64,000 nt of DNA from NCBI GenBank assembly GCA_043825855.1, contig JBDRRJ010000021.1:2938-66937 (forward strand), written 5' to 3'. The position numbers and the translations under genes are program-made. The notes beneath the pieces were generated by a model. The model had not been told where the DNA came from. It saw only the letters and a list, made by a program, of their open reading frames with translations, and did no database searches. Each line of letters opens with the position of its first letter. Positions within the stretch are counted from its first letter, which is position 1. This document shows, piece after piece, positions 19,572-30,410 of the stretch. The stretch is from Pseudomonadota bacterium (lineage in GTDB: Bacteria > Desulfobacterota > UBA8473).

Positions 19572-22500
19572 CTAGTCCTGGGTGGTTTCACGCCCGAATA
19601 ATTTTTTAAAGAATTGGTTCATGTCTTCTACAATTAAATAAATGGCGGGAACAAAAAGAAGCGTTAAGATAGTAGATACAAGAAGCCCGAATGTGATACT
19701 AACTGCCATGGGAATAAGGAATTGAGCTTGGAAACTTCGCTCAATCATTAAAGGCAAAAGAGCAGAAATTGTGGTGATTGAAGTAAGTATAACGGGTCTG
19801 AAACGTGCCTTACCAGACATTTCAACTGCCTTTTTTAAAGGCATCCCATCTCTTACTGCCCGGTTGATGAAGTCAACAAGAACAAGGGAGTCGTTAACTA
19901 CAATTCCGGAAACAGCCACCATTCCAAAAAGGCTTATAAGAGACAGATCGAGCCCCATAACCAGGTGACCTAAGACTGCCCCTATGAGGCCAAAAGGGAT
20001 AACTGTCATAATGATTGTGGGTTGTGCATAAGAACGGAACTGAGTAGCCAGAAGCAGGTAAATTCCCATAAGGGCCAGGAAAAATCCACGTTGAAGACTG
20101 TCAATTGATTCAGCCCTTCTTTTTTCATCCCCCTCAAGGCTATAGCTCAAACCCGGATATTGTTTCATCAACTTTGGTAAAAAGTTAGCTTTCAAATCAG
20201 AAATAATTTTAGTGGCGTTTGCAACATCCTGGTCAATATCAGAGGTGACGGTAACAACTCTTTTCCGATCAACCCTGTGGATTTTTGAATAGGCCCTCCC
20301 GTGAGTTATTTCTGCTACCTCATTCAGGGGTATCTCATCTCCTCTTAGAGTCCTGATTCGCATATCTTCTATGCCCGCAAGGCTACTGCGTTCCGGTGAA
20401 GAATACCTGACCATCACCTTAACATCATCACGGCCCCTCTGAATTCTTAATGCCTCATCTCCATAGAAAGCCTGTCTTACCTGTCTGGCAATATCCTGTA
20501 AAGAAATACCCAGGGACATAGAACCGGGTTTTGCCTTTAATTTTTCTTCCTCTTTCCCGGGTTTAAAATCATCTGATATGTCACGTGTTCCAGGATATGA
20601 AGCTATTTCCTCCTTTAAATCCGAGGCAGCCCGTTCGAGCAGCTCCAGATTCTGGCCGATAAGTTGAATCTCAATGGGATTTCCTCCAGGGCCACCCCCC
20701 AAGAGGGAAAATGACAGTTTTTCAACGCCAGGTAAAGTCCCGACTTGATCCCTCCATTTATTGAGAATTTGTGTAGCTGAAATTTTAGGCCGGTTTTCCG
20801 ATCCAAGAAGTTCCACGAATACCTGACCGACATGGCCTCCTTCTTCGCCTGGTTTCCAGTCCCGACGAGGGATTGCCCCTACCAGAGAAAATACTTTCTT
20901 TATAATATTTTCATCAGTACTTACTTTGTCAGAAAAGCTTTGATCGATAGTCAGCGCCTCTTTCTCAATCTGCTTTATAGTTTCTTCAGTAACTTTGATT
21001 GATGTGCCAAGAGGGTAGGTTACCTCTGCGGTTAACCAGTCGCTGTCTGCCTGGGGAAAGAGGACAAAGGGAAGATACCCGCCGGCTATAAGGCCAATTG
21101 CGATAATAAGTACACTAATAGCTAAAGTAAGCGAGAAATATCTGTTTTTCAATGTAAACTTTAGAGCATATGTATAATGGTGATTGATGACATATTGCAG
21201 GACTTTGTCAACATTAGCAAGGAGGCGTTCATGCCATTTCTTTTTGGAGTTTTTTCCATTAGATGTTCCTGAAAGGGCATGATCAAGGTGCGCAGGTAAT
21301 ATCAGGAGGGCTTCACCAAGAGAAGCGATAAGAACGACAATCACTGCGGTAGGAAGCACTGCAATGAATTTGCCCATAATGCCCGTGATGAACAACAATG
21401 GCATAAAGGCTACAATATTTGTTGTAACAGCCATAATCACCGGCCAACCTACTTCACCCATACCTTCTATTACAGCCTGAGAGGGGGATTTGCCCAGGGA
21501 AAAATGCGAATAAGCGTTTTCGCCAAAGATAATGGCATCGTCTACCAATATGCCTGCAGTCATAATAAAGGCGAATAACGAAAGCATGTTTATCGAATTA
21601 CCCTGCCAGTTGAGGATAAAGAACCCGGCCATAAATGATACGGGAATTCCAAGACCCACCCAGAAGGCAAGACGGAAATTTAAGAAAAGGGCAAGGCAGA
21701 TAAAAACCAGTAGGATGCCCTGAATGCCATTCTTTATCAGTAAGTCAATTCTGTCCTGTACCAGCATGGAAAGATCTGCCCATATTTCAATATTGACTCC
21801 TTCTGGTAAATATTCTCGATGGTTCTTCAAATAATCTTTTACGGTTTCAGCGATGTCTATTGTATCTTCATCCCCTGTCCTGGTAACCTGAACCATTGCC
21901 ATCGGTTTTCCGTTAAATCGTCCCCGTTGATCTGTATCTTCAAAACCGTCTATAACGTTGGCAACTTCGCCAAGATGGACAATAGTTCCATCCGGGCGTG
22001 TTATGAGGGGAATGCTCTGAAAATCTCTGCCTAAGTAGCGCTGTCCTTTTGCACGGATCAATACATCTCCTGCTTGAGTCTTAATAGCGCCTGCAGGCAA
22101 GTCAAGACTTGTTTTTCGTACAGCTCTGACTATGTCATCGAAGGTAAGGCCGTAGCGTCTTAAATTTTCTTCGGATATTTCGATAGATATTTCATAGTTT
22201 CGAACCCCCAGAAGGTTTGCCTGAGAGACGGTTTTAGTGTCTACCAGGTCATCCCTGATCTTTTCGGCAACATTTCGGAGCTGTCTTTCGGGCACATCTC
22301 CATATACCGCTATGCTGATAACCTCGTCTCTATGAATAAGTTTGATAATTTGAGGTCTTTCCGCATTTACAGGAAAAGTATCGATACGCTCCACTTCAGT
22401 CTTTATGTCGTCCATGATACTCTGGACTTCATCATCGCTGTCCACGTCCAGCTCAACAGAGACTGCGCCCCATCCTTCCGAGGCGGTGGACATGATTTTG

Positions 22501-22736
22501 GACACACCTTCTATAGACTTGATCTGCTCCTCTATTTTGATACAGATACCCTCTTCAATCTCCTCCGGGCTGGCACCCGGATACTGGACCGTGACAATTA
22601 TGAAATCGAGGGAAAATTGAGGGAATACCTCACGGATCATATTTTTCAGGGCAAAAGAACCTGCGAAGATAATAAATACCATTAAAAGGTTTACTGCAAC
22701 CCTGTTTTTTATAGACCAGCTGGCAATAGACTTCAT
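19572..22736 (-). CDS. RND efflux transporter permease (AcrB family)
   Basis: 1054 aa; GILVDDAII, GIVVNDSLVL, RFRPVILTS. Confidence 0.95.
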   Translation of the reverse strand: MKSIASWSIKNRVAVNLLMVFIIFAGSFALKNMIREVFPQFSLDFIIVTVQYPGASPEEIEEGICIKIEEQIKSIEGVSKIMSTASEGWGAVSVELDVDSDDEVQSIMDDIKTEVERIDTFPVNAERPQIIKLIHRDEVISIAVYGDVPERQLRNVAEKIRDDLVDTKTVSQANLLGVRNYEISIEISEENLRRYGLTFDDIVRAVRKTSLDLPAGAIKTQAGDVLIRAKGQRYLGRDFQSIPLITRPDGTIVHLGEVANVIDGFEDTDQRGRFNGKPMAMVQVTRTGDEDTIDIAETVKDYLKNHREYLPEGVNIEIWADLSMLVQDRIDLLIKNGIQGILLVFICLALFLNFRLAFWVGLGIPVSFMAGFFILNWQGNSINMLSLFAFIMTAGILVDDAIIFGENAYSHFSLGKSPSQAVIEGMGEVGWPVIMAVTTNIVAFMPLLFITGIMGKFIAVLPTAVIVVLIASLGEALLILPAHLDHALSGTSNGKNSKKKWHERLLANVDKVLQYVINHHYTYALKFTLKNRYFSLTLAISVLIIAIGLIAGGYLPFVLFPQADSDWLTAEVTYPLGTSIKVTEETIKQIEKEALTIDQSFSDKVSTDENIIKKVFSLVGAIPRRDWKPGEEGGHVGQVFVELLGSENRPKISATQILNKWRDQVGTLPGVEKLSFSLLGGGPGGNPIEIQLIGQNLELLERAASDLKEEIASYPGTRDISDDFKPGKEEEKLKAKPGSMSLGISLQDIARQVRQAFYGDEALRIQRGRDDVKVMVRYSSPERSSLAGIEDMRIRTLRGDEIPLNEVAEITHGRAYSKIHRVDRKRVVTVTSDIDQDVANATKIISDLKANFLPKLMKQYPGLSYSLEGDEKRRAESIDSLQRGFFLALMGIYLLLATQFRSYAQPTIIMTVIPFGLIGAVLGHLVMGLDLSLISLFGMVAVSGIVVNDSLVLVDFINRAVRDGMPLKKAVEMSGKARFRPVILTSITTISALLPLMIERSFQAQFLIPMAVSITFGLLVSTILTLLFVPAIYLIVEDMNQFFKKLFGRETTQD

Positions 22737-22751
22737 TTCTAGAGGTCCTTT

Positions 22752-24062
22752 TTATTTAAAATGATTGAGATGGAGCTTTGTTCCCTCTTTCGGGGCACTT
22801 ATCGGGGTAGTAATTATAAGGTTTCCGTCTTTAAGCCCTTCAGTCACATAGACAGAATCATCAAGCCGGCGTAGAACCTTAACCGTTTGAATGGTTAATT
22901 TGTTATTATCGGCAAGATAGACTTTATCCCCGGGATAAACAGCCGATCGTGGAATCAGGAAGGCATTGTCGATCGTTCTGCCTATAAGTTTTACATTAAC
23001 AAACATTCCTGGTGCTATTGGATATGGTGAACGTCCTTCTGTCCTTGAGGTCTTATTAGTAACTTCAATAACCATAGGAAGGGTTCGGGTTTTTTCATCT
23101 ATATCAGCCTTAACGCGTAACAGACGCCCGTCCCATATGTGAGTTTCTTCAGAATTATTAAATATTATTTCGGCATTGACAGAATTTTTGGAGATTAAAT
23201 TGTCTTTTTTTACTTTATGTTGATTGCTGTCCAGGGGAATTATATCGAGCCATTTCAAATCATTGAAGGGGATTTGTACCTCTACCTCCAGATTTGATGA
23301 ATTGTATATTCGGCCGAGAGGGGTCCCGGCACTTACAAATTGTCCGGTTTCAACCCGCTTTTCTAGAACCCGTCCATCAAATGGCGCTTTTATCCCGGTC
23401 CGTTCCAAATTTAAGAGGGCATCTTTCAGTTGCACTCCAAAAAGTTCTTTCTGCGCCAGGAGGTATTCGGACCTTGGATTAATAAGGCTCAGCTGATTTT
23501 CTATCTCCTGCTCCCTGCTCTTGCTGGACAGATACTTCTGCTCTGCCTGGTCCAGGGTAGCTTGTGCAATAACTTCATGCTTTAAAAGGGTTTTAAATCT
23601 TTCCAGATTAGCTTTGCTTAATTCCAGGTCTGAGCTGGCAATATTTAGAGTGTCTTTCAGGTTTTTCTTTTCCTGGTCAAGACGTTTTAACTCTGCATCG
23701 ATTTGTTTTAATTGTTTTTCCCTCTGGGCAACAGCAAATTCATATGATCTGGGATCAATTTTAATAAGAAGCTCACCTTTTTTAAAGGAATATCCCTCTT
23801 CAAAATTTGGATTAATCCTGGCAACTTTTCCGGTTACTTCCGGGATCAGGATCAGAACTTCGCGGGGACGCACTGTTCCATAAGATTTGATTGTCATCGC
23901 ATGAGAGGCAGGGCTTACCTTGATTGCTTCAACCAAAAGGCTGGGAGGAGGTGGTGGCTGCTTTTCCGGTTTTGTCCTGAATTTAACCAGAGCTAAAGCT
24001 ATAATAATTGCTAAAAAAAGTACCGTTAAAGATCTTAGAATTTTTAAACCCCTTTTTTCCAT
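22752..24062 (-). CDS. RND periplasmic adaptor (membrane fusion protein)
   Basis: N-terminal TM, PEVTGKV, coiled coil, IKAPFDGRV, PGMFVNV. Confidence 0.92.
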   Translation of the reverse strand: MEKRGLKILRSLTVLFLAIIIALALVKFRTKPEKQPPPPPSLLVEAIKVSPASHAMTIKSYGTVRPREVLILIPEVTGKVARINPNFEEGYSFKKGELLIKIDPRSYEFAVAQREKQLKQIDAELKRLDQEKKNLKDTLNIASSDLELSKANLERFKTLLKHEVIAQATLDQAEQKYLSSKSREQEIENQLSLINPRSEYLLAQKELFGVQLKDALLNLERTGIKAPFDGRVLEKRVETGQFVSAGTPLGRIYNSSNLEVEVQIPFNDLKWLDIIPLDSNQHKVKKDNLISKNSVNAEIIFNNSEETHIWDGRLLRVKADIDEKTRTLPMVIEVTNKTSRTEGRSPYPIAPGMFVNVKLIGRTIDNAFLIPRSAVYPGDKVYLADNNKLTIQTVKVLRRLDDSVYVTEGLKDGNLIITTPISAPKEGTKLHLNHFK

Positions 24063-24440
24063 ATTTAACACTTTCTTTTTAAATGTAACATTTATAAAAT
24101 AAAACCTTTAGCCCGATTCATGTGTTTGGTTAAAAGCTTAATCCTGAAATACCCAATTTATTTCTGATGGCCCAGTGGGATATGAAGTATGTTATTAAAA
24201 GACGGTTACCTCTGCGAATCTGGACATCTTGCCACTACTGCAACAAGTTGTGTTCCAAAGTATAATGTTTCCGATAATACACTATTTAGGTAGTAACGGT
24301 CAAATAGTATTTGTAAATTTAATATAAACAAATGCTTTGATTTATCTTATATTTATATTGATTTTTTTTGCATCATCATCGTATATTCTTATTGAGTGTA
24401 AAATAAGTATAAAAATAGATGTTAGGTGAAATAAAATATT

Positions 24441-25523
24441 ATGATCAGCATTAGCAGGATATCAATGGTTATACTCCTTGGTGTATCAATATTGTCAAAA
24501 AGGGAAGCACCCTCTAATTACATCGAGAAAAAAACAGAGTATGATAAACCAGGGCCATACAAAGTTAAATCCCTGGAGTTCCCCGACTTAAAAGATGCCA
24601 ATAGAAAGAATCGAAGAGTGCCACTCAAGGTTTATTTTCCGGTCGAAGGGAAAAAATTTCCGCTCATTATTTTTTCACACGGAAGCGGGGGGAATTGGAA
24701 CTCTTACATGTATCAGGTGCAACATCTTGCAAGCCACGGCTACGCCGTTATCTGCGTCGAACATGTTTACATCAACAACAAACAGGTAAAATATTACATG
24801 AGCCGGCGCGGTGGAAATATGCAATTTGAAGAAGCGTTATTTCGTACAACGAGAGATCCCAGGGCAGTGCTTGAGAATCCGAAAGACCTGAGTTTTGCAA
24901 TAGATCAGGCTATTTTATGGAATAAAGGGCACAAAGAGCTTGCCGGAAAGATCGACGTTGAAAAAGTTGGAGTGATGGGACACTCTTACGGAGCATACAG
25001 CGCTATCGTCATTTGCGGCGCCAAGCCTATTCTCGACTATCTCGACCCCCCGGTTAATCCCGGCAAAGGTCTTGCAGGTGATTTTAGCGACCCGCGCGTT
25101 AAGTTTGGACTGGCAATGTCACCCCAGCCGCCTGGGGGGACTTATTTTGACGAGAAAAGTTATAAGACCATTAACCGTCCATTAATTGCCATAAGCGGCA
25201 CGAATGATTCATGGAAAACTCATGATGACAAGGTTCTGCCGGGCACAGAACGCTTGAAGTTTTGGGACTTCTTACCTGAAGGGGATAAATACTTTATCTG
25301 GCTTGAGGACTCTGACCACTTCGGTTTTTGTGACAGTCCAAAGGCATCGTCACTTCCTTCAAAATCGCGCCCGGATGTTCAACGGATTTCAAAGGCCATG
25401 ATGGTGCTTTTCAGTGATTACTTCTTAAAAGAAATAAAAGACTCTAAGAATAAAATGAATAAAGAATATGTAAATTCTCTTTGTGGTAATGTGGTGACAA
25501 AAATTCAATTGTATGAAAAATAA
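24441..25523 (+). CDS. alpha/beta hydrolase (dienelactone-hydrolase/PAF-AH-like)
   Basis: PLIIFSHG, LASHGY, GHSYG nucleophile elbow, DH motif. Confidence 0.85.
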   Translation: MISISRISMVILLGVSILSKREAPSNYIEKKTEYDKPGPYKVKSLEFPDLKDANRKNRRVPLKVYFPVEGKKFPLIIFSHGSGGNWNSYMYQVQHLASHGYAVICVEHVYINNKQVKYYMSRRGGNMQFEEALFRTTRDPRAVLENPKDLSFAIDQAILWNKGHKELAGKIDVEKVGVMGHSYGAYSAIVICGAKPILDYLDPPVNPGKGLAGDFSDPRVKFGLAMSPQPPGGTYFDEKSYKTINRPLIAISGTNDSWKTHDDKVLPGTERLKFWDFLPEGDKYFIWLEDSDHFGFCDSPKASSLPSKSRPDVQRISKAMMVLFSDYFLKEIKDSKNKMNKEYVNSLCGNVVTKIQLYEK

Positions 25524-25588
25524 ATTTAATTAATCATTTTAGCTGACAACGTTCCACAGTGCAGCTGGGTTCCAGTGTTTGGCAGAAG

Positions 25589-26038
25589 ATGATAATACGA
25601 AAACTTAACAAATCTGATTTGCTGGTACTGCTTGAACTGTATACGCATCTTCATGCGTCTGACGATCCCTTACCGAGCCAAAATGTAGTTGAGAAAGTCT
25701 GGGACACGATCCTGCAGAACCCGAATCTCAAATATTTTGGTGTTTTCGTGGAAGATAAACTTGTTTCCAGCTGCATGCTGAGCGTAATACCAAACCTGAC
25801 GCGAGGGTGTCGGCCCTACGGGGTGATTGAAAATATGGTCACCCATTCTAAGTTCAGGAAACAGGGGTATGGCAGATCAGTATTACAGCATGCACTGGAT
25901 CATGCTTGGTCTATTGGTTGTTACAAGGTCATGCTCCTGTCCGGACGAAAAGATGAGGGGACTTACAAGTTCTATGAATCTGTTGGATTTGATCGAGACG
26001 CAAAACAAGCCTTTTTGGCTAAGCCACCAAAGGCTTAA
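25589..26038 (+). CDS. GNAT N-acetyltransferase
   Basis: IPNLTRGCRPYGVIENMVT, RKQGYG, CYKVML. Confidence 0.9.
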   Translation: MIIRKLNKSDLLVLLELYTHLHASDDPLPSQNVVEKVWDTILQNPNLKYFGVFVEDKLVSSCMLSVIPNLTRGCRPYGVIENMVTHSKFRKQGYGRSVLQHALDHAWSIGCYKVMLLSGRKDEGTYKFYESVGFDRDAKQAFLAKPPKA

Positions 26039-26140
26039 AATACGTACATAATCAACTTTAGGGCTCATACAAGGTGTAGCTTCCGAGCTGACTTGACATT
26101 AAGTAAGCTAATTTAAAACCCATAAGTAAAGAGGAAAATC

Positions 26141-26383
26141 ATGGATATTCAGACTGTTACAAAATTCTTTATGTGGTGCACAATCATAAATGGAGCCTTG
26201 TTGCTATTCTGGTCTACAATATGCATGTTTGTGCCGAATCTGATCTACCGAATACAAAGCAAATTCTTTCCTATTCCGCGAGAGACCTTCGACGTGGTCA
26301 TTTACTCGTTCCTGGGATTATACAAAATAGTCTTTATTTTCTTCAATGTTGTTCCGTATGTGTCTCTGTTGATCATAGGATAA
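26141..26383 (+). CDS. small membrane protein (DUF6868-like)
   Basis: FFMWCTIIN...LYKIVFIFFNVVPY, two hydrophobic segments, RBS GAGG. Confidence 0.75.
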   Translation: MDIQTVTKFFMWCTIINGALLLFWSTICMFVPNLIYRIQSKFFPIPRETFDVVIYSFLGLYKIVFIFFNVVPYVSLLIIG

Positions 26384-26509
26384 AAGAAATGTCCAGAAAA
26401 GTTTTGCGTTTGAAACTATTACGCTGTCCTCTATAGGCAAAGATATTTGAGGTTTCAGAAAAAAGTGTTTTTCTGCAGATTTGTTAATCCATGAAAGGAT
26501 AAAGATATA

Positions 26510-27067
26510 GTGATCAATAGAAAAAATCGTGTATGTCCGGTTGCAGCAGCAGGCAGTCTCGACAATAGGATTCGAAAATGGGTACAAGACCCGCGAAAAA
26601 TGTTAGCTCCCTATATTAAAGAAGGGATGACAATTCTGGATATAGGTTGTGGCCCGGGTTTTTTCTCTATCGATATGGCCCATATGGTTGGGAAATCTGG
26701 TCATCTTATAGCTGCCGATTTGCAGGAAGGAATGCTTCAAAAAGTTAGAAAAAAGGTTAAAGGAACTGAACTTGAAGGACGTATCACACTGCATAAATGC
26801 GAGGAGAACAAAATAGGCATATCTGAGAAGGTTGATTTTGTTCTGTTGTTCTATATGATTCACGAAGTTACCAATGTGAAGGCATTTTTTAGCGAAATAG
26901 AAACGGTACTAAAACCAAATGGTAAGGTCTTCATAGTAGAACCACCATTTCATGTTTCAAAAAAAGCGTTTGAAAACACAATCAAAAAAGCCAATGACGC
27001 CGGCCTTGCAGTTATTGAAAGACCGAAGTTATTTCTTAACAAGGCGGCAATACTGAAGAAGAACTGA
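26510..27067 (+). CDS. class I SAM-dependent methyltransferase
   Basis: LDIGCGPG, DLQEGML, LKPNG. Confidence 0.92.
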   Translation: MINRKNRVCPVAAAGSLDNRIRKWVQDPRKMLAPYIKEGMTILDIGCGPGFFSIDMAHMVGKSGHLIAADLQEGMLQKVRKKVKGTELEGRITLHKCEENKIGISEKVDFVLLFYMIHEVTNVKAFFSEIETVLKPNGKVFIVEPPFHVSKKAFENTIKKANDAGLAVIERPKLFLNKAAILKKN

Positions 27068-27250
27068 CAACATCTCAACATGGAGCAGAATAAACAACGC
27101 CGAGAGACATAAAGTTGAAATAATATATTTTATGTTTACGGAATACTTCCTTATCTCAACGAAAAGTTATGGTGATTATATTAAATTTGCTTTTCATAAA
27201 GTCAAGATAACTCACTTTTTTATTTCTTAAAAAGTCTATCCTAAAAGCGC

Positions 27251-27278
27251 TTGACAAACCTTAGCGATGTGTTAAGAT
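27251..27278 (+). promoter_or_regulatory. sigma70-type promoter for rsmD
   Basis: TTGACA-16 nt-TAAGAT with TG upstream of the -10. Confidence 0.55.
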
Positions 27279-27332
27279 TCTGACCAATTTTATACTTAAA
27301 GAAGAATAAACCTTATTAATAATGGTAAATCA

Positions 27333-27893
27333 TTGAGGGTTATAGGTGGCAAAGTTAAGAGAAAGAAGCTTCTCTCTTTAAAGGACATGACTGTACGTCC
27401 CACAGCTGACAAGGTCAAAGAATCGATTTTTAACATACTGCCTCGCGATTTCAGAGATAAAGAGGTTTTGGATTTATTCGCAGGCACCGGAAGTTTGGGG
27501 ATAGAGGCTTTAAGCCGGGGCGCAGCGAAAGCAGTCTTTGTTGAAAACAGCCGTCAAGTGCTGCCTGTGCTGGAAAAGAACCTTAAAAACTGTGGATTTA
27601 CTGATATTAGCCAGATAATCGAGGCTACTGTGGAGAAAGCGATAAAGGTTCTGGAGTCAAGGGGAAATAGTTTCGATTTTATATTTCTGGATCCACCCTA
27701 TAGAAGTGGTATACTGAAAGATACGCTGGTGAAGATATCCAGATCGAATATTTTAAGAGATAACTCTTTGATTATAGCCGAACACTCTTCTTCAGAAATA
27801 ATAGAAGAAGGGATAGAAAGACTAACCTTGACTGATCATAGAAGGTATGGTAAAACCGTAATCTCTTTTTTGGAGCTAGTCTTACATTCATGA
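27333..27893 (+). CDS. rsmD: 16S rRNA m2G966 methyltransferase
   Basis: RPTADKVKESIFN, LDLFAGTGSLGIEALSRG, FLDPPY. Confidence 0.96.
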   Translation: MRVIGGKVKRKKLLSLKDMTVRPTADKVKESIFNILPRDFRDKEVLDLFAGTGSLGIEALSRGAAKAVFVENSRQVLPVLEKNLKNCGFTDISQIIEATVEKAIKVLESRGNSFDFIFLDPPYRSGILKDTLVKISRSNILRDNSLIIAEHSSSEIIEEGIERLTLTDHRRYGKTVISFLELVLHS

Positions 27894-28032
27894 AGTATTG
27901 TACCATAGAGAAGCAGCTCACCTGTCAGCATGCAAAACACATGTAATATTTTCCACGAGTAAAATTTTATTAACTGTTTAAAAGCAGTCATCTTTTTTGA
28001 AAAACTATTAACCTATTAACAGAAGGAATCCC

Positions 28033-28545
28033 ATGGAAAGACTTGCTGTATATCCAGGTTCATTTGATCCGATTACCAATGGTCACGTGGATTTGATAAA
28101 CAGAGCTCTCACTATCTTTGATAAGCTTATAGTAACGGTTGCACTAAATCCAGCCAAAACCCACTTGTTTACTATGGAAGAGAGGGTAGAAATGATCCGC
28201 GAGGTCTTCAAAGATAATCCAAGGGTTGTAACAGACTCCTTTGACTGCCTATTGGTAGAATACTTGGATAGACAGAAAATACATGTTGTAGTGAGAGGAC
28301 TGAGAGCAGTATTGGACTTTGAATATGAATTCCAAATGGCACTGATGAACAGAAAACTGGATAGAAACATAGAATCAGTTTTCCTTATGACGAGCTTCAG
28401 GTGGTTATACACCAGTTCTAAATTAATCAAAGAAGTAGCAAGTATGGGTGGCTCTGTGAAAGACCTTGTTCCTGATGTTGTTGATAGAAAGTTGAAAGAA
28501 AAATTCCCCAAATACAGGGGGGTAAATACTAAATTACATATCTGA
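28033..28545 (+). CDS. coaD: pantetheine-phosphate adenylyltransferase
   Basis: YPGSFDPITNGH, RGLRAVLDFEYE. Confidence 0.98.
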   Translation: MERLAVYPGSFDPITNGHVDLINRALTIFDKLIVTVALNPAKTHLFTMEERVEMIREVFKDNPRVVTDSFDCLLVEYLDRQKIHVVVRGLRAVLDFEYEFQMALMNRKLDRNIESVFLMTSFRWLYTSSKLIKEVASMGGSVKDLVPDVVDRKLKEKFPKYRGVNTKLHI

Positions 28546-28573
28546 AAGACAAAATTGGGGGGAGGTAAAGATC

Positions 28574-29767
28574 ATGATTTTGGCTGAAAGAGTTAATAAG
28601 ATAAAGCCGTCGCCGACCCTGGCAGTATCTGCCAAAGCAGATAAAATGAAAGCAGATGGCATAGATATTATAAGTTTTGGGGCAGGGGAGCCTGACTTCG
28701 ATACGCCTCAAAACATTAAAGACGCAGCCATTAATGCCCTTAATGAAGGATTTACCAAATATACCGCTGTAGGTGGGATTAATGAATTAAAGGATGCTAT
28801 AATCGATAAATTCCAAAGGCAAAATAACCTGACTTACAACAGACAACAAATTATTGTATCCTGCGGGGGAAAACATATCCTCTATAATATTGCACAGGCT
28901 CTTTTTAATAATGGTGATGAAGTTATTATCCCGGCTCCCTATTGGGTATCTTTCCCAGATATTGTCCTTTTAGCCGATGCTACACCTGTCATTGTTAAGA
29001 CTACAGAAGAAAATGGATTTAAGATGCTCCCTGACGAACTGTCGAGAGCAATTACCGGTAAGACTAAGGCAATCATATTGAATAGCCCCTCAAATCCTAC
29101 CGGTGCTGTGTATAAGTCAGAGGAACTTAAAAAGATAGCAGAAATCGCTGTTGAAAAGAAGTTGATCGTAATATCGGATGATATATACGAGGAATTCGTT
29201 TACGATGGTTTAAAATTTACTAACATAGCCTCATTAGGAAAGGAAATCAAAGATTTAACTATTGTGTCAAATGGAGTTTCAAAGGCTTTTTCTATGACAG
29301 GATGGAGAATAGGGTATGCAGGTGGGCCTCAGGAAATAATCTCGGCAATGACTAAGATTCAGAGCCAGAGCACCTCTAACCCAACATCCATAGCCCAGAA
29401 GGCCAGTGTAGAGGCGTTAACAAACTCTTATGATGCTGTAAAAATAATGGTAAAAGAGTTTGACAGAAGGCGAAAATATATGGTGGAGAGGCTCAATTCT
29501 ATAGACGGTATTTCCTGTTTAAAACCCATGGGGGCTTTCTATGCATTCCCCAGAGTTTCACCACTATACCAAAAAAGCTTTAATGGAAAGAAATTAGGAG
29601 ACTCAACAGGTTTTGCTGATTTTCTTCTGGATGTTGCTAGAGTAGCTGTGGTTCCTGGTTTGGCATTTGGTGACGATAATTATATCAGACTCTCCTATGC
29701 TACATCTTTCGAAAAGATTAAGATGGGTGTGGAGCGGATTGAAGATGCCGTAAAACAACTGGAATAA
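28574..29767 (+). CDS. PLP-dependent class I aminotransferase (aspartate aminotransferase-like)
   Basis: GEPDF, NSPSNPTG, SDDIY, SKAFSMTGWRIGY. Confidence 0.93.
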   Translation: MILAERVNKIKPSPTLAVSAKADKMKADGIDIISFGAGEPDFDTPQNIKDAAINALNEGFTKYTAVGGINELKDAIIDKFQRQNNLTYNRQQIIVSCGGKHILYNIAQALFNNGDEVIIPAPYWVSFPDIVLLADATPVIVKTTEENGFKMLPDELSRAITGKTKAIILNSPSNPTGAVYKSEELKKIAEIAVEKKLIVISDDIYEEFVYDGLKFTNIASLGKEIKDLTIVSNGVSKAFSMTGWRIGYAGGPQEIISAMTKIQSQSTSNPTSIAQKASVEALTNSYDAVKIMVKEFDRRRKYMVERLNSIDGISCLKPMGAFYAFPRVSPLYQKSFNGKKLGDSTGFADFLLDVARVAVVPGLAFGDDNYIRLSYATSFEKIKMGVERIEDAVKQLE

Positions 29768-29783
29768 TCTTTTAAAATATATA

Positions 29784-30224
29784 TTATTTTACTTGGTGTA
29801 TTTTTTCAACCAGTTCACTTATAACAAAGGGTTTTACCACATATCTATCGGCTCCTTTGTCAAGTATCTCAGGCATATCCGGTCTTGGCTCCTCACATGC
29901 TGGATAGTCCACCAGCATAATCACCTTCATATCAGGATACTCCCCTTTAAGGTATTTTAAAAACCTGTAACCAGCATTTTCCTCATCTATCCATGGGAGA
30001 AAGTCTTTATCTCCGGGCATAAAATATTCCTTGGTCAAGTCAAGCTCTATTAATGCTATATCAACCCCATACAAAATTGATAATGCCTCAGCATAGTTGT
30101 CACAAAACCTGACGTTGTATTTATGTTTTTCCTCATAAAGATTCAGAAAATCCTCAAGAGGTTCACCGAGCTTTATAGACTGTTTGTCAACCATCAAAAT
30201 ATTGATGTTTAATGTTTTCTCCAT
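29784..30224 (-). CDS. atypical single-domain response regulator
   Basis: ILMVD, VIML, GADRYVVKPF; phospho-Asp position reads Glu (DIALIE). Confidence 0.75.
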   Translation of the reverse strand: MEKTLNINILMVDKQSIKLGEPLEDFLNLYEEKHKYNVRFCDNYAEALSILYGVDIALIELDLTKEYFMPGDKDFLPWIDEENAGYRFLKYLKGEYPDMKVIMLVDYPACEEPRPDMPEILDKGADRYVVKPFVISELVEKIHQVK

Positions 30225-30410
30225 CGTTCTTCATCAAAATATTATTTAGGATTTTATGTAAATAAGCAAATCTATTTTTTAACTAATAATAGCCAATTAA
30301 AAGAGAGTTATCAATCGCTAAATTATCAGAAGATTATCTTTTGTTTTGGCAAAATCCTTGATAGTATATAGTACAGTGAGAAAAGATAATTTTTAATCTA
30401 AACTAATTAA

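Noticed and set aside
24167-24265. 32-aa ORF with CHYC...C
   Set aside because: No RBS, short, lies in a divergent promoter region; the Cys pattern is plausible by chance
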